Source: an uncultured virus (IMG/VR IMGVR_UViG_3300021962_006841)
Taxonomy: Duplodnaviria; Heunggongvirae; Uroviricota; Caudoviricetes
Strand: one strand, 5' to 3'
DNA length: 64,000 nt
IMG/VR virus record: IMGVR_UViG_3300021962_006841
This document shows, one piece after another, positions 36,856 through 46,880 of the stretch. The stretch's first letter is position 1; each line of letters starts with the position of its first letter. A program made the position numbers and the translations under genes. Below the pieces are notes generated by a model. That model worked only from the letters and a program-made list of their open reading frames with translations. It did not search any database and was not told the DNA's origin.

Positions 36856-38025
36856 TTACACAGCAAAGCCAGGTTTGTATACTGTCTTTCCCTTTTCCAT
36901 CACGGCAGTCAAAATCTGCTTTCTTTGCTTACCAGAGGAAGCATAGCTAGCATGGACCCAACCACTATTTGGACCTTCTTTAGGATTATAAAATTCTAGA
37001 ATGACTTGGTCAAAGTCTAGATTATCAGCAACCCATTTTGCAAGATCAAGATTTGACATACCATCAATCTCAAAGTCTACAGCTTCACCATTGCAGTGTT
37101 GTGACTTAGCAGAGCCACCAACAGCCGCATTTAGCTTTGGACCTCTATAAGCTGAATTAATTTGCACTGGCTTGCCAAAATGCTTTCTAACTGGCTCTAG
37201 AATGTTTTTACATACTAGGGTTAGGTTATGCATATGAGTTGGGTTTGGTGTATTATCAATACCCTTTCTTGTTGCCGTTTCTGATCTTGTTAGTTCCTTC
37301 AGGGAGAAGTGTTCTGACAAGTTACCAGGCTTAATAACGCCTGGTGCTGCAGCTGGCTTGGCAACTGCTACAGCTGGTTTAGCTGACGCAGGAGCTGCAT
37401 CAACCTTAACACCCTTTAATAGGCTATAGTACTTCTTTGTCTTAGTTGATCTATCATCTAGACCATGTGTACCACCATTGATCTTCTTTGTGATAGAAAG
37501 GATTGTAGCATCGCTAACACCCTTGTCACAAATATCCCAAAGCTTATTCTTATCAAAGAACCAGATGGCTGATTCAAAGATATACTCTGTAGCAACTAGA
37601 TCTGGATTTGAAAGAATCTCTGGCTTACCAAGATAGGTAGCAAGAGCTTTATAGTTATCTTTACCAGTTAGCTGGAGAGCACCACGGCCTCTATATTTCC
37701 AGCCATCACCTGAGGATTCTGGACCGTTGCCCATTCTGCCACCATATACTTTGTTGGCAATCTTTTCTGGCTTTCTCTCATATGCAACAGCCATCTGATC
37801 TGTTGGGAAGTATTTGCCAAAGATACCACGAAGGCCTTTAGCACCATAGTTTAAGTTCTCTTGAAACTTAGCAAAGCCACCAGACTCGTGGTTAGTCTGA
37901 GCAAAGAAGTGTGCTGCCCTCTCAGGCGTCATCTTATAATACTTCATTGCTGCTTTCAGAACTTCAACACCAAACTTAGGGTCTGGCGCAACTCCAATCT
38001 TATTGCAAAACTTCTCAATACTCAT
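36856..38025 (-). CDS. endolysin: GH19 glycoside hydrolase fused to peptidase M15A
   Basis: HFFAQ..HESGG..ENLNY, YRGRGALQLTGK.NY, INGG..GL.DR; Ala/Pro linker; SAYR...SQHCNGEAVD...WVHAS. Confidence 0.9.
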   Translation of the reverse strand: MSIEKFCNKIGVAPDPKFGVEVLKAAMKYYKMTPERAAHFFAQTNHESGGFAKFQENLNYGAKGLRGIFGKYFPTDQMAVAYERKPEKIANKVYGGRMGNGPESSGDGWKYRGRGALQLTGKDNYKALATYLGKPEILSNPDLVATEYIFESAIWFFDKNKLWDICDKGVSDATILSITKKINGGTHGLDDRSTKTKKYYSLLKGVKVDAAPASAKPAVAVAKPAAAPGVIKPGNLSEHFSLKELTRSETATRKGIDNTPNPTHMHNLTLVCKNILEPVRKHFGKPVQINSAYRGPKLNAAVGGSAKSQHCNGEAVDFEIDGMSNLDLAKWVADNLDFDQVILEFYNPKEGPNSGWVHASYASSGKQRKQILTAVMEKGKTVYKPGFAV

Positions 38026-38033
38026 TTTTTACC

Positions 38034-38357
38034 TCAGGCGATTTCGTCTTCTACTTCCTCAACAACTTGCTCAGCAACAGTTTCCTGTGGCTTGGCTGGC
38101 TCTTCTGGCTTCTTCTCATCTGGCGATTTGCCCAGCATGATACCAGAAAGGATACCAGTTAGGAATGTAGCGATAGGTGTGATCAATTCAAAGAACTTGG
38201 CGTCATTTGGTGACTGTGTCATTGGTTGGACAACAAAGATCAATGAATATAGAACCACAAATACGATACCAGTTAGTGTTGCTGCCAATGTTAGGCCAAC
38301 AATAAACTTTAATCGTGCCATCAACTCGTCAGGTGTATATCTTGGTCCATTAAACAT
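38034..38357 (-). CDS. 2-TM membrane protein (holin candidate)
   Basis: Two TMs, QPM.QSPNDAKF; directly upstream of the endolysin. Confidence 0.65.
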   Translation of the reverse strand: MFNGPRYTPDELMARLKFIVGLTLAATLTGIVFVVLYSLIFVVQPMTQSPNDAKFFELITPIATFLTGILSGIMLGKSPDEKKPEEPAKPQETVAEQVVEEVEDEIA

Positions 38358-38359
38358 AA

Positions 38360-38614
38360 TTACTCTCCTGTTTCTTCACTAGTTGGTTGTTCACATGGAG
38401 CAGCTGGAGCTGTTTCTTCAGCTGCTTCAATCTTACCTTGTGTTAAGTCAACTTCTCTGCCAGTTAATTGATCTGGGCAGATTCCCTCAGCCTCGCAGCG
38501 AGGTCTTTGACATTCTTCTGTGTTCCAATTTGCTGGATCTTGACATGGATAACGATAATGATCTTCACAGCCAGCAATTAATAATAATGAAAGTGCTAAC
38601 ATTACAGCTTTCAT
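38360..38614 (-). CDS. Cys-rich lipoprotein
   Basis: Lipobox IAGC; YRYPCQDPANW...C..P.C...G.CP. Confidence 0.75.
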   Translation of the reverse strand: MKAVMLALSLLLIAGCEDHYRYPCQDPANWNTEECQRPRCEAEGICPDQLTGREVDLTQGKIEAAEETAPAAPCEQPTSEETGE

Positions 38615-38615
38615 A

Positions 38616-39455
38616 TCATTCCCCTTCGTTTACTTTAAAATGTTCATTCTCGTGATGCTTCTTCATAGCAGCTTGTGCTTGCGTAATTTTATCATATCTC
38701 TTACTTTGCCAACCACATCCAGATTCCGAGCAACCAGCGTGATATGCCTTAGCACCATACACATCTGTTTCATATACCAACCCTTTAGCCACACGTGGTT
38801 TTTTTTCTTCTTCAGCAACAAAGTTAACAAATCTCTTGCCCATTCTTGATGGGGCTAGCTTTTGATTAGCCTTCTTATATCTAATCATTGCCTTTTTCTT
38901 TACGCCAATTGAATCTGGCTTTAGACCAGCGATACCAGCTGTAGAATTTGTTACAGCTTGTTCCTCTTCAACCTTTTTAATATTTTGGTTAACAAAATTT
39001 AGAAACCCCTTTGCGTTAGGTGTTTCTTTTTTATTTGTTTCTCTATATTTTTTTTTGTCTGCTTTTGCTTTATCTTTTGTGTGGGGACTTACTAACGCCT
39101 CCACTTCTTCTATAGCCTCTTCCAGCATTAATGCTACTTGCTGCTCTGAAGGTTCATAGCCTTCCTTTAAATTCTTCTTTGGATATTCTTTTAGCAATAG
39201 ATAGGCAGCAGCATATGTTGCAATAGCTGACTTACCACCTGGCAACTTACCCAAAAGCTTTCTTAGGTTTAATGTTACAACATCAAAGTATCCTAAAGCA
39301 TCCTTTTCTTCTTGCTTTAGTCTATCCTTTCTCTGCTTAACAATGTTTCCATCTTTATCAATCAAGCCAAGCTTATACGCTGGCCACTTCTCAAAAGGAG
39401 TGACAAGATTCTTTAAGAACTTGTATGTGATTGCCAAATCAATTACTTGATTCAT
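38616..39455 (-). CDS. conserved T4-like hypothetical protein
   Basis: YKFLK.LVTPFEKWPAYKLGLIDKDGN; C-terminal zinc-finger-like C..C...H. Confidence 0.75.
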   Translation of the reverse strand: MNQVIDLAITYKFLKNLVTPFEKWPAYKLGLIDKDGNIVKQRKDRLKQEEKDALGYFDVVTLNLRKLLGKLPGGKSAIATYAAAYLLLKEYPKKNLKEGYEPSEQQVALMLEEAIEEVEALVSPHTKDKAKADKKKYRETNKKETPNAKGFLNFVNQNIKKVEEEQAVTNSTAGIAGLKPDSIGVKKKAMIRYKKANQKLAPSRMGKRFVNFVAEEEKKPRVAKGLVYETDVYGAKAYHAGCSESGCGWQSKRYDKITQAQAAMKKHHENEHFKVNEGE

Positions 39456-39846
39456 GGAACTCTCTTAGTTTCTTTACTACTACAGTATCTAGTGGTATGT
39501 CGCTGTTTCTTATAATATCATCATTACCAACATTAAAAATAACATCTGGCATATAACCAAGATAAACCAAAAACGGTTTAAGGACATGCCACTGACCCTG
39601 CATTTTCAATAAGCACATTTTTACAGTTGCTTCTGGGCCAAACAAATTGTTTAACAAGTTCAGGTGGTTGAGGATTAATCTCTCCTTCAACTCACCTGAT
39701 TCTTGGTACCTAGTTAGCAGCCTCTTAATATACTTTAGTGTATTAAGATCATCCTCAAACTCCGCCACATCTATACATGATGGGTTATCATAATGTCTTG
39801 CTGCATATAACAAAAAGTTTTCTTCAGTCAATCTTTCATTATTCAT
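39439..39846 (-). CDS. conserved T4-like hypothetical protein
   Basis: LTEENFLLYAA.HYDNP.C....EFEDDL...KYIKRLL.RY...GELKERLILNH. Confidence 0.8.
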   Translation of the reverse strand: MNNERLTEENFLLYAARHYDNPSCIDVAEFEDDLNTLKYIKRLLTRYQESGELKERLILNHLNLLNNLFGPEATVKMCLLKMQGQWHVLKPFLVYLGYMPDVIFNVGNDDIIRNSDIPLDTVVVKKLREFHESSN

Positions 39847-39864
39847 TAATAAAGTACAGTCCTA

Positions 39865-40428
39865 TTATTGTGGGAACTGTGCATCTTCTGCGTCGTTGTT
39901 TGGATATGCTGTTAGAGCTACTAGTGCTTCTCTATGAACACGACCTGCACGACCACCTAGGGTGATTGTTAGCGTTAAGCTTGAACCACCAGATGTGTTA
40001 CCGTTTGTTGAGTTAGATGGTGCAGTTGAGTTAGCAACTTGGACAACAATGTGACCTGTGTTTGCAAAACCTGAACCATTTGCTGTCAACGTTAGTGCTG
40101 TTACGCCACCAGTTGAGTTTGTTGTGATTGTGGCTGTAGCATTCGTTGTACCATTTGAAAGTGTTACAACTTCAGCATTTACGTAGCCTGAACCGCCAGC
40201 ATTCTTTGCAATAGTTAGGATGCCGCCTGTACCGTATTGCTGTAGAACCCAACCTTGCGCAACTGGCTTATTATCTGTTGCACGAGCATATTGTGATTCT
40301 GCTGCGTCTACACCAAACACGCCTGTCTTTGCGCCACCAAAAATAGCATTAGCGATAGCACCATTTGAGGCCAAGCCTGTAAACTTAGGTGCACTTGCTG
40401 CTGCGTCTGTTTTTCCCCAAAGTGCCAT
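39865..40428 (-). CDS. putative virion structural protein
   Basis: MALWGKTD N-terminus, GSGY/GSGF repeats, GGRAGRVHREALVA. Confidence 0.7.
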   Translation of the reverse strand: MALWGKTDAAASAPKFTGLASNGAIANAIFGGAKTGVFGVDAAESQYARATDNKPVAQGWVLQQYGTGGILTIAKNAGGSGYVNAEVVTLSNGTTNATATITTNSTGGVTALTLTANGSGFANTGHIVVQVANSTAPSNSTNGNTSGGSSLTLTITLGGRAGRVHREALVALTAYPNNDAEDAQFPQ

Positions 40429-40432
40429 ATCT

Positions 40433-40696
40433 CTATCTCCTGTTAAGTTTTGTATTATGATCTAGATAATCAGATTCTTTATTGATTACAAAATAGCTAG
40501 AAAGTCTTTTATCAATTGCAACAATCTCTTTGCTGCCATCAGTATTTTCTTTTACTTCAAAATTATCTGAGGTTCTTAACTCTGATAATGACTTAATAGC
40601 AATCACATTGTGTGTTGGTACTACTGGTACTTCCACTGTTGGTTTCTCATAAACTAGCTGAGAACCAGTAATAAATTTTCCTGCTACTATACCCAT
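40433..40696 (-). CDS. hypothetical protein
   Basis: ORF after an AATAAATA late-like site. Confidence 0.55.
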   Translation of the reverse strand: MGIVAGKFITGSQLVYEKPTVEVPVVPTHNVIAIKSLSELRTSDNFEVKENTDGSKEIVAIDKRLSSYFVINKESDYLDHNTKLNRR

Positions 40697-40713
40697 CTAA
40701 GTATTTATTGACC

Positions 40714-42252
40714 TTATTGTTTAGAAGCCCACATATTATCAATCATATTAGGGTAGCTTCTACCAGCTCTGGCTGCTCTTGCTCTTGCTTTAGCTTTTTG
40801 ATCAGCAGAAAGTGAGCCTTGCTTCTTAGAATCAGGCATTGGCTTATCCCAAACTTCTTCATGCATTGTTGCTACATCTTTTTCTGCAGCTGTGACAGCA
40901 TCCTTATAAGATTTTCTATTCTTCAGGTGATATCTGATAGCTGTCTGCATGCGTGGTGGCTGTTTCTTAAAATGAGCATCGTTTTCCTTAGCCTGTTGGG
41001 ATCTTAGATCTGGACCCATCAGCTCATCAATCTGCTCCTCTTCCAGAGCCTTTTCCATTGGACCAATTCTAGGTACCTTTGACTTCTTTTCTTCAGATAC
41101 TGAGTGACCAGCCTTCATAGCTTTCGTTGCTAATCTCTTAGCAAGGTTGCGGGCACTCTTTGGTTTACCTGGACCGCCAATAGCAGATGACTTAGGCTTA
41201 ACTGGACCACCTAAAACTTCAGCTGCGTGGGCTGCTAGCCTATCATCTTCAGCTTTGTCAGTAGCAATGTCCTTCATCTTACCTTCCATCATTGGGTCGC
41301 CAAGTGTACCCGTGAATCTTTGTCTGCCTTGCATATATGAGTAGAGACTTTCCATATCGCCATGTAGCTTAGATAGCTTGTTTTGGTACCACTCTTCCAT
41401 ATCTGTACCAGCTTCTACTGCCGCAATAATCTCTTCTGCTGCATAGTGGATAAAATGTAACTGGGTTAGAGCCATATCATTTTCTTCTGCTGGACTATTG
41501 TATTCATTCTCTTCTCTCATTGAAGGAAGCTTTCTATACATGTCAGCAATCTTGCTTGACATCATCTTTGGGTCTTTCATTACCTTTCTGCCAGTCATCT
41601 TTGGTGAACCAGCATCAGCGCCATGCTTAATATAGGCGTGCGTTCCAACTTGTCTAACAACATTATCCTTCTTAGCCTTATTTTCCATGTTGCGCTCATC
41701 TAGCTCGACTTCTTCTTTAGCCAATCTATCAATTGCTTTGATAACGCCAGACTGTCTCCTCATAGCCTTTTTATCTTGAGCTAGACGCTCTGGATCTTTG
41801 GCGGACATTGTGCCAGCTGTAAATGAATGATAGCTAACATCGTCTGTTGCTTTCTTGGCATATGAAGCAAGAGTTGACTTCTTTAACTCATCAATTTGTT
41901 CTTCCTCAACCATTGCCTTACCTAGACCCTCTTTACGGTTCTTGGCGGCAAATGATCTTAGCTTCATCAATCTTTCACGCTCTGTTTCTTCATTAGCCTT
42001 AACTAATGTCTGCATCTTCATTGGAGCAACTGCCTTCTTAGAAGCCTTACCTGGATTTGCCTCGCCGCCTTGAGCATCAGCGACAGCTTCACCGCCATAA
42101 CCAGCATCTGCTGTATCGATAGGTCTAACCTCTTCTTTACCCCTTGGAGTATAGACAAGACCTTGGCTATGCGCATGGTATGGGCTAGCCTTTTTAGACA
42201 TATGCTTGTGTGGTGATAAAACTTGTTCGCTGAACTTTTTCATATTACTCAC
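40714..42252 (-). CDS. multi-segment protein with repeated EEEQIDE/EEVELDE motifs (putative internal head protein)
   Basis: MKKFSE start, EEEQIDEL x2, EEVELDE, C-terminal AGRSYPNMIDNMWAS. Confidence 0.65.
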   Translation of the reverse strand: MSNMKKFSEQVLSPHKHMSKKASPYHAHSQGLVYTPRGKEEVRPIDTADAGYGGEAVADAQGGEANPGKASKKAVAPMKMQTLVKANEETERERLMKLRSFAAKNRKEGLGKAMVEEEQIDELKKSTLASYAKKATDDVSYHSFTAGTMSAKDPERLAQDKKAMRRQSGVIKAIDRLAKEEVELDERNMENKAKKDNVVRQVGTHAYIKHGADAGSPKMTGRKVMKDPKMMSSKIADMYRKLPSMREENEYNSPAEENDMALTQLHFIHYAAEEIIAAVEAGTDMEEWYQNKLSKLHGDMESLYSYMQGRQRFTGTLGDPMMEGKMKDIATDKAEDDRLAAHAAEVLGGPVKPKSSAIGGPGKPKSARNLAKRLATKAMKAGHSVSEEKKSKVPRIGPMEKALEEEQIDELMGPDLRSQQAKENDAHFKKQPPRMQTAIRYHLKNRKSYKDAVTAAEKDVATMHEEVWDKPMPDSKKQGSLSADQKAKARARAARAGRSYPNMIDNMWASKQ

Positions 42253-43255
42253 CCTTTGGTGCTAGAGACTCTGTTAGCTGCTCAACAAACTCTTTCATTG
42301 TCTTCTTCTTGCTTACACCACGACCAACCATAACATCGGCGTGTGTAATCTTATCATGTGGAGCAGCTAGGGCAGCTAGATCCTTTTCTTTTGCTGTCTT
42401 TGGAATGGTATGGGCCTTAGCTTCAGCAACCTTCTTAGCTGTTGCTGTGGCAATTGCCATCTTCTTACCCATTGGCATACCTGGCTGGTCACGCTCGATT
42501 GCCTTAGCAACTTCTTCGCGCTTCTTCATCTCAGCCTTTGTTAGAGTCTTCTCTTCAATCTCTGTTTCTTCTTCCATCTTGCCTTGTGACTTTAGCATAG
42601 CCAGATAGGCCTTTGACTTCTTCTTTTCCATGATTGCCTTTAGCTTCTCTAGTGGCATTTCTGGCTTGCCCTTCTTTGAAGCCTTAGAGGAATCTTCACC
42701 GCCAGCTGGGGTTACTGCTTCTTCTTCCATTGCTGGCTTCTTCTTCTTTGAAGCATGCATGTGGGACTCAGAAACTACAACTGTTAGATCGGCTACTGGA
42801 ACATCTTGCTCAATACCATGCTCGAACATAACATCATAGTGAGTTACTGTGCCATCTTCAAGCAATGTATGCTCACCGGCGATGCACTGGCCCTTACCCC
42901 ATGTCTCGTGAACAACATGCTTGGCACAATCGTGCTTAACTAGTTGGTCCACATTTGCTTTGTTCATATCTTCGCTCATGGCTGAGTCTCCTTGTTTCTT
43001 TTGTAGTTGTCTTAAATCTTGTTTAACCATTTGTCTTGTAGTACTATCATCCTTTACAACATTCAACAAACGGTCAAATAATTTGTAAAGTTTGTCTCTA
43101 AGAATTGGATTCTTCATTGAGGCTTCGCCGTAACGGATAGCTCTCTTTACATCTTCCATTTCTTGTGGGTCAGCCAAGCCAGCGCGCAACAGATCCATTG
43201 TTTTAGGATCTGTGAAACGTTGCTTTACTTCCTCAAAAATCTCGTTATCAGTCAT
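42245..43255 (-). CDS. multi-segment hypothetical (putative internal head protein)
   Basis: HDCAKHVVH..WGKGQCI..YDVMFEHGIE domain; KE-rich segments; GGAG SD; late promoter upstream. Confidence 0.7.
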   Translation of the reverse strand: MTDNEIFEEVKQRFTDPKTMDLLRAGLADPQEMEDVKRAIRYGEASMKNPILRDKLYKLFDRLLNVVKDDSTTRQMVKQDLRQLQKKQGDSAMSEDMNKANVDQLVKHDCAKHVVHETWGKGQCIAGEHTLLEDGTVTHYDVMFEHGIEQDVPVADLTVVVSESHMHASKKKKPAMEEEAVTPAGGEDSSKASKKGKPEMPLEKLKAIMEKKKSKAYLAMLKSQGKMEEETEIEEKTLTKAEMKKREEVAKAIERDQPGMPMGKKMAIATATAKKVAEAKAHTIPKTAKEKDLAALAAPHDKITHADVMVGRGVSKKKTMKEFVEQLTESLAPKGE

Positions 43256-43279
43256 GGATTTCTCCAAAATTAGTCAAAA

Positions 43280-43287
43280 TATTTATA
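43280..43287 (-). promoter_or_regulatory. T4-type late promoter
   Basis: TATAAATA. Confidence 0.7.
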
Positions 43288-43906
43288 TGAACACTTTTCT
43301 AGTGTCGTATACCCTAGGCCAGCCTAGATAGTTAACCTTCCATTCAATCTGATCATCTGCTGGCAAATGCTCCCACACATCTCTCTTTTTATGAAAGATA
43401 TTGGCTACATTCACCCAATCAGTTCTAAGTATTAGCCTTTCAGCCAGGTACTTCTGATCCATAATATCTTCGTAACTACGTCTATCGACTTCAATATGGA
43501 ATAATTCCATAACAGTCTCACCGACATAATCAATGTTAAAATCTATTCCCCACTTAGGAACAATTGCCAATAACTTCTTTAGCTCTCTTCTGTAATTAGA
43601 AGCTATTTGCAATTCCTCTCTACCTTCACCAATATAATCATGTCTCATTTGTAGGCAGCTATGATCAATCATAACTCTTGGATCATCATTTGGGTCATGC
43701 TCTATCCACTTAATATGGTTTGCAGTGTGGTTCAAGTGCTGCTCACCTATATCAATCATATTACGTCTATATAATGCCTGCTCCAATTCATTCAACTCAA
43801 ATCCATCTCTATCAAAAAAATCCATTGATAGTTTATAATATTGTTCTTCCTGTAGTCCTAGAGGTAACCCTAGGAATCTACTAAAACTATTGCTTGTAAC
43901 TCTCAT
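43283..43906 (-). CDS. hypothetical protein
   Basis: FFDRDGFELN.LEQ..Y, IDHS, PKWGIDF.IDY. Confidence 0.7.
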   Translation of the reverse strand: MRVTSNSFSRFLGLPLGLQEEQYYKLSMDFFDRDGFELNELEQALYRRNMIDIGEQHLNHTANHIKWIEHDPNDDPRVMIDHSCLQMRHDYIGEGREELQIASNYRRELKKLLAIVPKWGIDFNIDYVGETVMELFHIEVDRRSYEDIMDQKYLAERLILRTDWVNVANIFHKKRDVWEHLPADDQIEWKVNYLGWPRVYDTRKVFI

Positions 43907-44303
43907 AGATTGATGGCTTAGCCCTTCCGTAGTTTCTCATCATAACACCAGCTTCACTGTTTGCTTCATTTTCGCATGTGCTACCAGTCTCACCGGCCAT
44001 TGCCACATCCTCTAGCTCGCCATTCATATCCTGTCTATAGTGAACCATTTCGTGTGCTAAAGTTCTTAGAATATCAACTGGATGTCTACCAGCAATGTTT
44101 ACTCTAATTGTCTTCTCGCCAGGATAGTATCCACCAAAGCTGGCATTCTCTTGAGCAACTCTTTTATTGTTTACAAGTTCTATTTTTGGTAGTTCCTGTA
44201 GACCCAAATGTTCCTTTGCATGGCCCATAAAGTCATCGACATGCTGCTGAACCATTTGTTCGTGCTGCATATCCTCAAGTATCATTTGCTTAAATCTTAG
44301 CAT
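43887..44303 (-). CDS. HExxH metallopeptidase-like protein with CTS-like N-terminus
   Basis: MLRFKQMILE; RHPVDILRTLAHEMVHYRQ...ENEAN..AG. Confidence 0.75.
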   Translation of the reverse strand: MLRFKQMILEDMQHEQMVQQHVDDFMGHAKEHLGLQELPKIELVNNKRVAQENASFGGYYPGEKTIRVNIAGRHPVDILRTLAHEMVHYRQDMNGELEDVAMAGETGSTCENEANSEAGVMMRNYGRAKPSIYESYKQ

Positions 44304-44304
44304 G

Positions 44305-44901
44305 TTACCAAGCCTTGCAAGACCAGTATCTTGCCTTATGTCTTGGACCTGGATTATCGCAATTGTGTCTTGCTCTAAAAGATTTTCTTCTGGAAGGAAT
44401 ATTCTTTTTGATAGTCATGTTAGGGTCGCCAAAACTCACCTTAACTACATTGCCAGACTCTGGATGTTTAACATAGACTGCTCTCTTCTTTGGACCACCT
44501 GGTGTTAGGAATGGCTTGCCAAGCTTGACCTTGCGGCCACCCTTCTCAGCTTCTTCTAGCTCTTCGACCTCATTCCAGTCTTCATAGACTTCTTCACCAG
44601 TAACTTCAAACTCTTCTTCAGTGAATCCAAAGTCAATCTCGTCGACGTACTCTTTGAATGAAATAAAACCTTCTGGCATAAACTTTACCTTCTTCTTAGG
44701 GTGGGTTGTAGGCTTCTTAGGTTTAGCTGGTGGACCAGACATAGCCTTTGCAGCTTTGTTTAGACCTTTCTTTGCTAACTTGTATCCACCATATCCAGCA
44801 ACTGCACCAGCTAATGGAACACCCATGGCTGCTCCAACTCCTAGACCAACACCGGTGGCAAGCATTGTACCTAGTCCAACCTTTTCGTTAATGTTACTCA
44901 T
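44305..44901 (-). CDS. hypothetical protein with conserved C-terminal basic domain
   Basis: GRKVKLGKP...VYVK...VKVSFGD...RRKSFRARHNC...ARYWSCKAW. Confidence 0.75.
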   Translation of the reverse strand: MSNINEKVGLGTMLATGVGLGVGAAMGVPLAGAVAGYGGYKLAKKGLNKAAKAMSGPPAKPKKPTTHPKKKVKFMPEGFISFKEYVDEIDFGFTEEEFEVTGEEVYEDWNEVEELEEAEKGGRKVKLGKPFLTPGGPKKRAVYVKHPESGNVVKVSFGDPNMTIKKNIPSRRKSFRARHNCDNPGPRHKARYWSCKAW

Positions 44902-46837
44902 CGATGCTATCCTTTAATGCCAACGAATTAGCAATAACATCAATCTCTGCTGCCATTTGAAAATCAAGACCCGTTAAACCATCAACATCTGTAGTTGACA
45001 ACTTGACTGTTGCCTCGTTATAGAAATTGCTTACCTCTGGAAAGTGATCCATCTCCACAGCAAGCTTGTTTACCTCTTTCATAAACATTTCAATGTCAAT
45101 ATAATCCTTACCAACAAACTTCTTGGATAGGTGATGGCCTTGAATCATATCCCAAGATGGCGTTCTTGCTCTTCTGATTTGCTCAGCCTGCATAATGTCT
45201 AGCTTGTTACTTCTATGTGGATCATATGGAGCTTCAATTGCTTCCTTCATGAAATCTTTGAAAGAGAGTTTACCTTGACCTGGTGTATCTTTCTTTAGCT
45301 TGGCAACTAGTTCAGGTGTACCTTCATACCCAGCACCACCTTCTTCTGCTACAGTTTTCTTGCCCTTCTTATGCAGCTGCAATGCAGCCTTTTGTGCTCT
45401 CTTAACATCCATCGCACCTTCAGCCAAATCCTTGTCTGCTGTGTGGTATGTTAGACCTTCATGGATGAAGGAGTTAACTCTATTGAATGCCCACTGCTGA
45501 GGAGTTAGAGTTGGTCTATGGCCTGCTGCAAAGTCAGCTAGACCACGATAGTAAACAGTTTCTAATATATCATACTGAATACCATGCTGGTCTGATTTCT
45601 TTTGTAATGATTCGACAACTGACGATGTTAATGGCTGCTGCTTAATAAGGATATCGAGCGCTTCCCTTACACCAGCAACACCTGCCATTGCCCCAAGACC
45701 CCTTGGTGACTTGAATGCCTGACCTGGTTTTCTTCTCTGCTCGGCTGACGATATTCTTGGTAGCAACTTCATTGCTAATCTATTAACAGACTTAGATTTA
45801 ATCTTTAATCTTCTATCCAAGGAGGCTCTGGCTGAGTAGGATAAATCAGAATACTTTTGACCTCTTAGCATTCTTGCTCTCATAAACTTACGAGCAGTTC
45901 TTTGTGCTCTTTTTTGTAGCTGAGGTCTTGAAGCTCTTCTCTTTAGTGCTCTCTTTCTGCCCATTGCAAGACGACCTTTCATCATTCTTGCTCTAGCAGC
46001 TTTCTTGATTCTTGTTTGAACGCTAACTACTTCCATCAACTCTTCTGGAGTTAGCTCTTCATTCAACGCACCACGGAGAGTATCCATTACTTCTTTGTGG
46101 TGCTTCTGAAGATTCTTTGGCAAGCCTTGCTGAAACTCTTTATGCTTGCCAGCTGATGCTAATGATCTCATCTTAGAGGCTGACATACCCTCTACCCCTT
46201 CTGCATCTGGATCTCTTGCACCGGCTGACTTGACTTCAATCTTCTTAAAGTTGAAGTCCTTATCTGGACCATTGTAAGAGCTAGCAATTCTCTTATAATC
46301 TTCAACTCTATCATCACCAGCAATTAATGTGGCATGAGTGTAGCCTTGGTTATGCAAATGCTTTAGAATACCAAAGACATTTGAATGGCCTTCGGGAGTA
46401 TGCTTGACTACAGAGCCAAATGCCTTCTTGGCAAATGCATGCTTTGTTTCGTAGTCTAGTGGGTTCTTCTTTTTGTCATGTGACTTGGATAGGTAAATAT
46501 GGGCTTCGCCGCCAACCTTCTCCGCATGAGCTTTAATTGTATCAACTAGCTTTTCATGACCAACTGTTGGAGGGTTCATTCTACCAAATGCAAAGACAAC
46601 ATGCTTTTCTTTTTGCTCATAGACTGACCACGTTGTATCCATCTGAGGATTCAACTCAATGTCATTCTTTGGCATGCCAGTATCTGTCTTACCAGTGGCC
46701 TTTTTATCGTCTTTCTTTTTGGATTTCTTTACTTCTGGGTCAACAGCATCTGTTTCGGCTGTTGCATCTTGGCTGGCCATTGCTGCTGCGGCTTGGCGCG
46801 TAACCACGAATTCTTGTAGACTGAGTCTCTTTTTCAT
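44894..46837 (-). CDS. multidomain cytidyltransferase-family protein with C-terminal PCD-like domain
   Basis: FGRMNPPTVGH, KNPL, AGDDR, SAGARDPDAEGVEGMSASKMR; Arg-rich block; VYYRG...QWAFNRVNSFI; PCD-like tail. Confidence 0.8.
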   Translation of the reverse strand: MKKRLSLQEFVVTRQAAAAMASQDATAETDAVDPEVKKSKKKDDKKATGKTDTGMPKNDIELNPQMDTTWSVYEQKEKHVVFAFGRMNPPTVGHEKLVDTIKAHAEKVGGEAHIYLSKSHDKKKNPLDYETKHAFAKKAFGSVVKHTPEGHSNVFGILKHLHNQGYTHATLIAGDDRVEDYKRIASSYNGPDKDFNFKKIEVKSAGARDPDAEGVEGMSASKMRSLASAGKHKEFQQGLPKNLQKHHKEVMDTLRGALNEELTPEELMEVVSVQTRIKKAARARMMKGRLAMGRKRALKRRASRPQLQKRAQRTARKFMRARMLRGQKYSDLSYSARASLDRRLKIKSKSVNRLAMKLLPRISSAEQRRKPGQAFKSPRGLGAMAGVAGVREALDILIKQQPLTSSVVESLQKKSDQHGIQYDILETVYYRGLADFAAGHRPTLTPQQWAFNRVNSFIHEGLTYHTADKDLAEGAMDVKRAQKAALQLHKKGKKTVAEEGGAGYEGTPELVAKLKKDTPGQGKLSFKDFMKEAIEAPYDPHRSNKLDIMQAEQIRRARTPSWDMIQGHHLSKKFVGKDYIDIEMFMKEVNKLAVEMDHFPEVSNFYNEATVKLSTTDVDGLTGLDFQMAAEIDVIANSLALKDSIDE

Positions 46838-46880
46838 CGATATTCCTCAAGGGGTTGGCGTACCCTAACCTTGTACGGAA

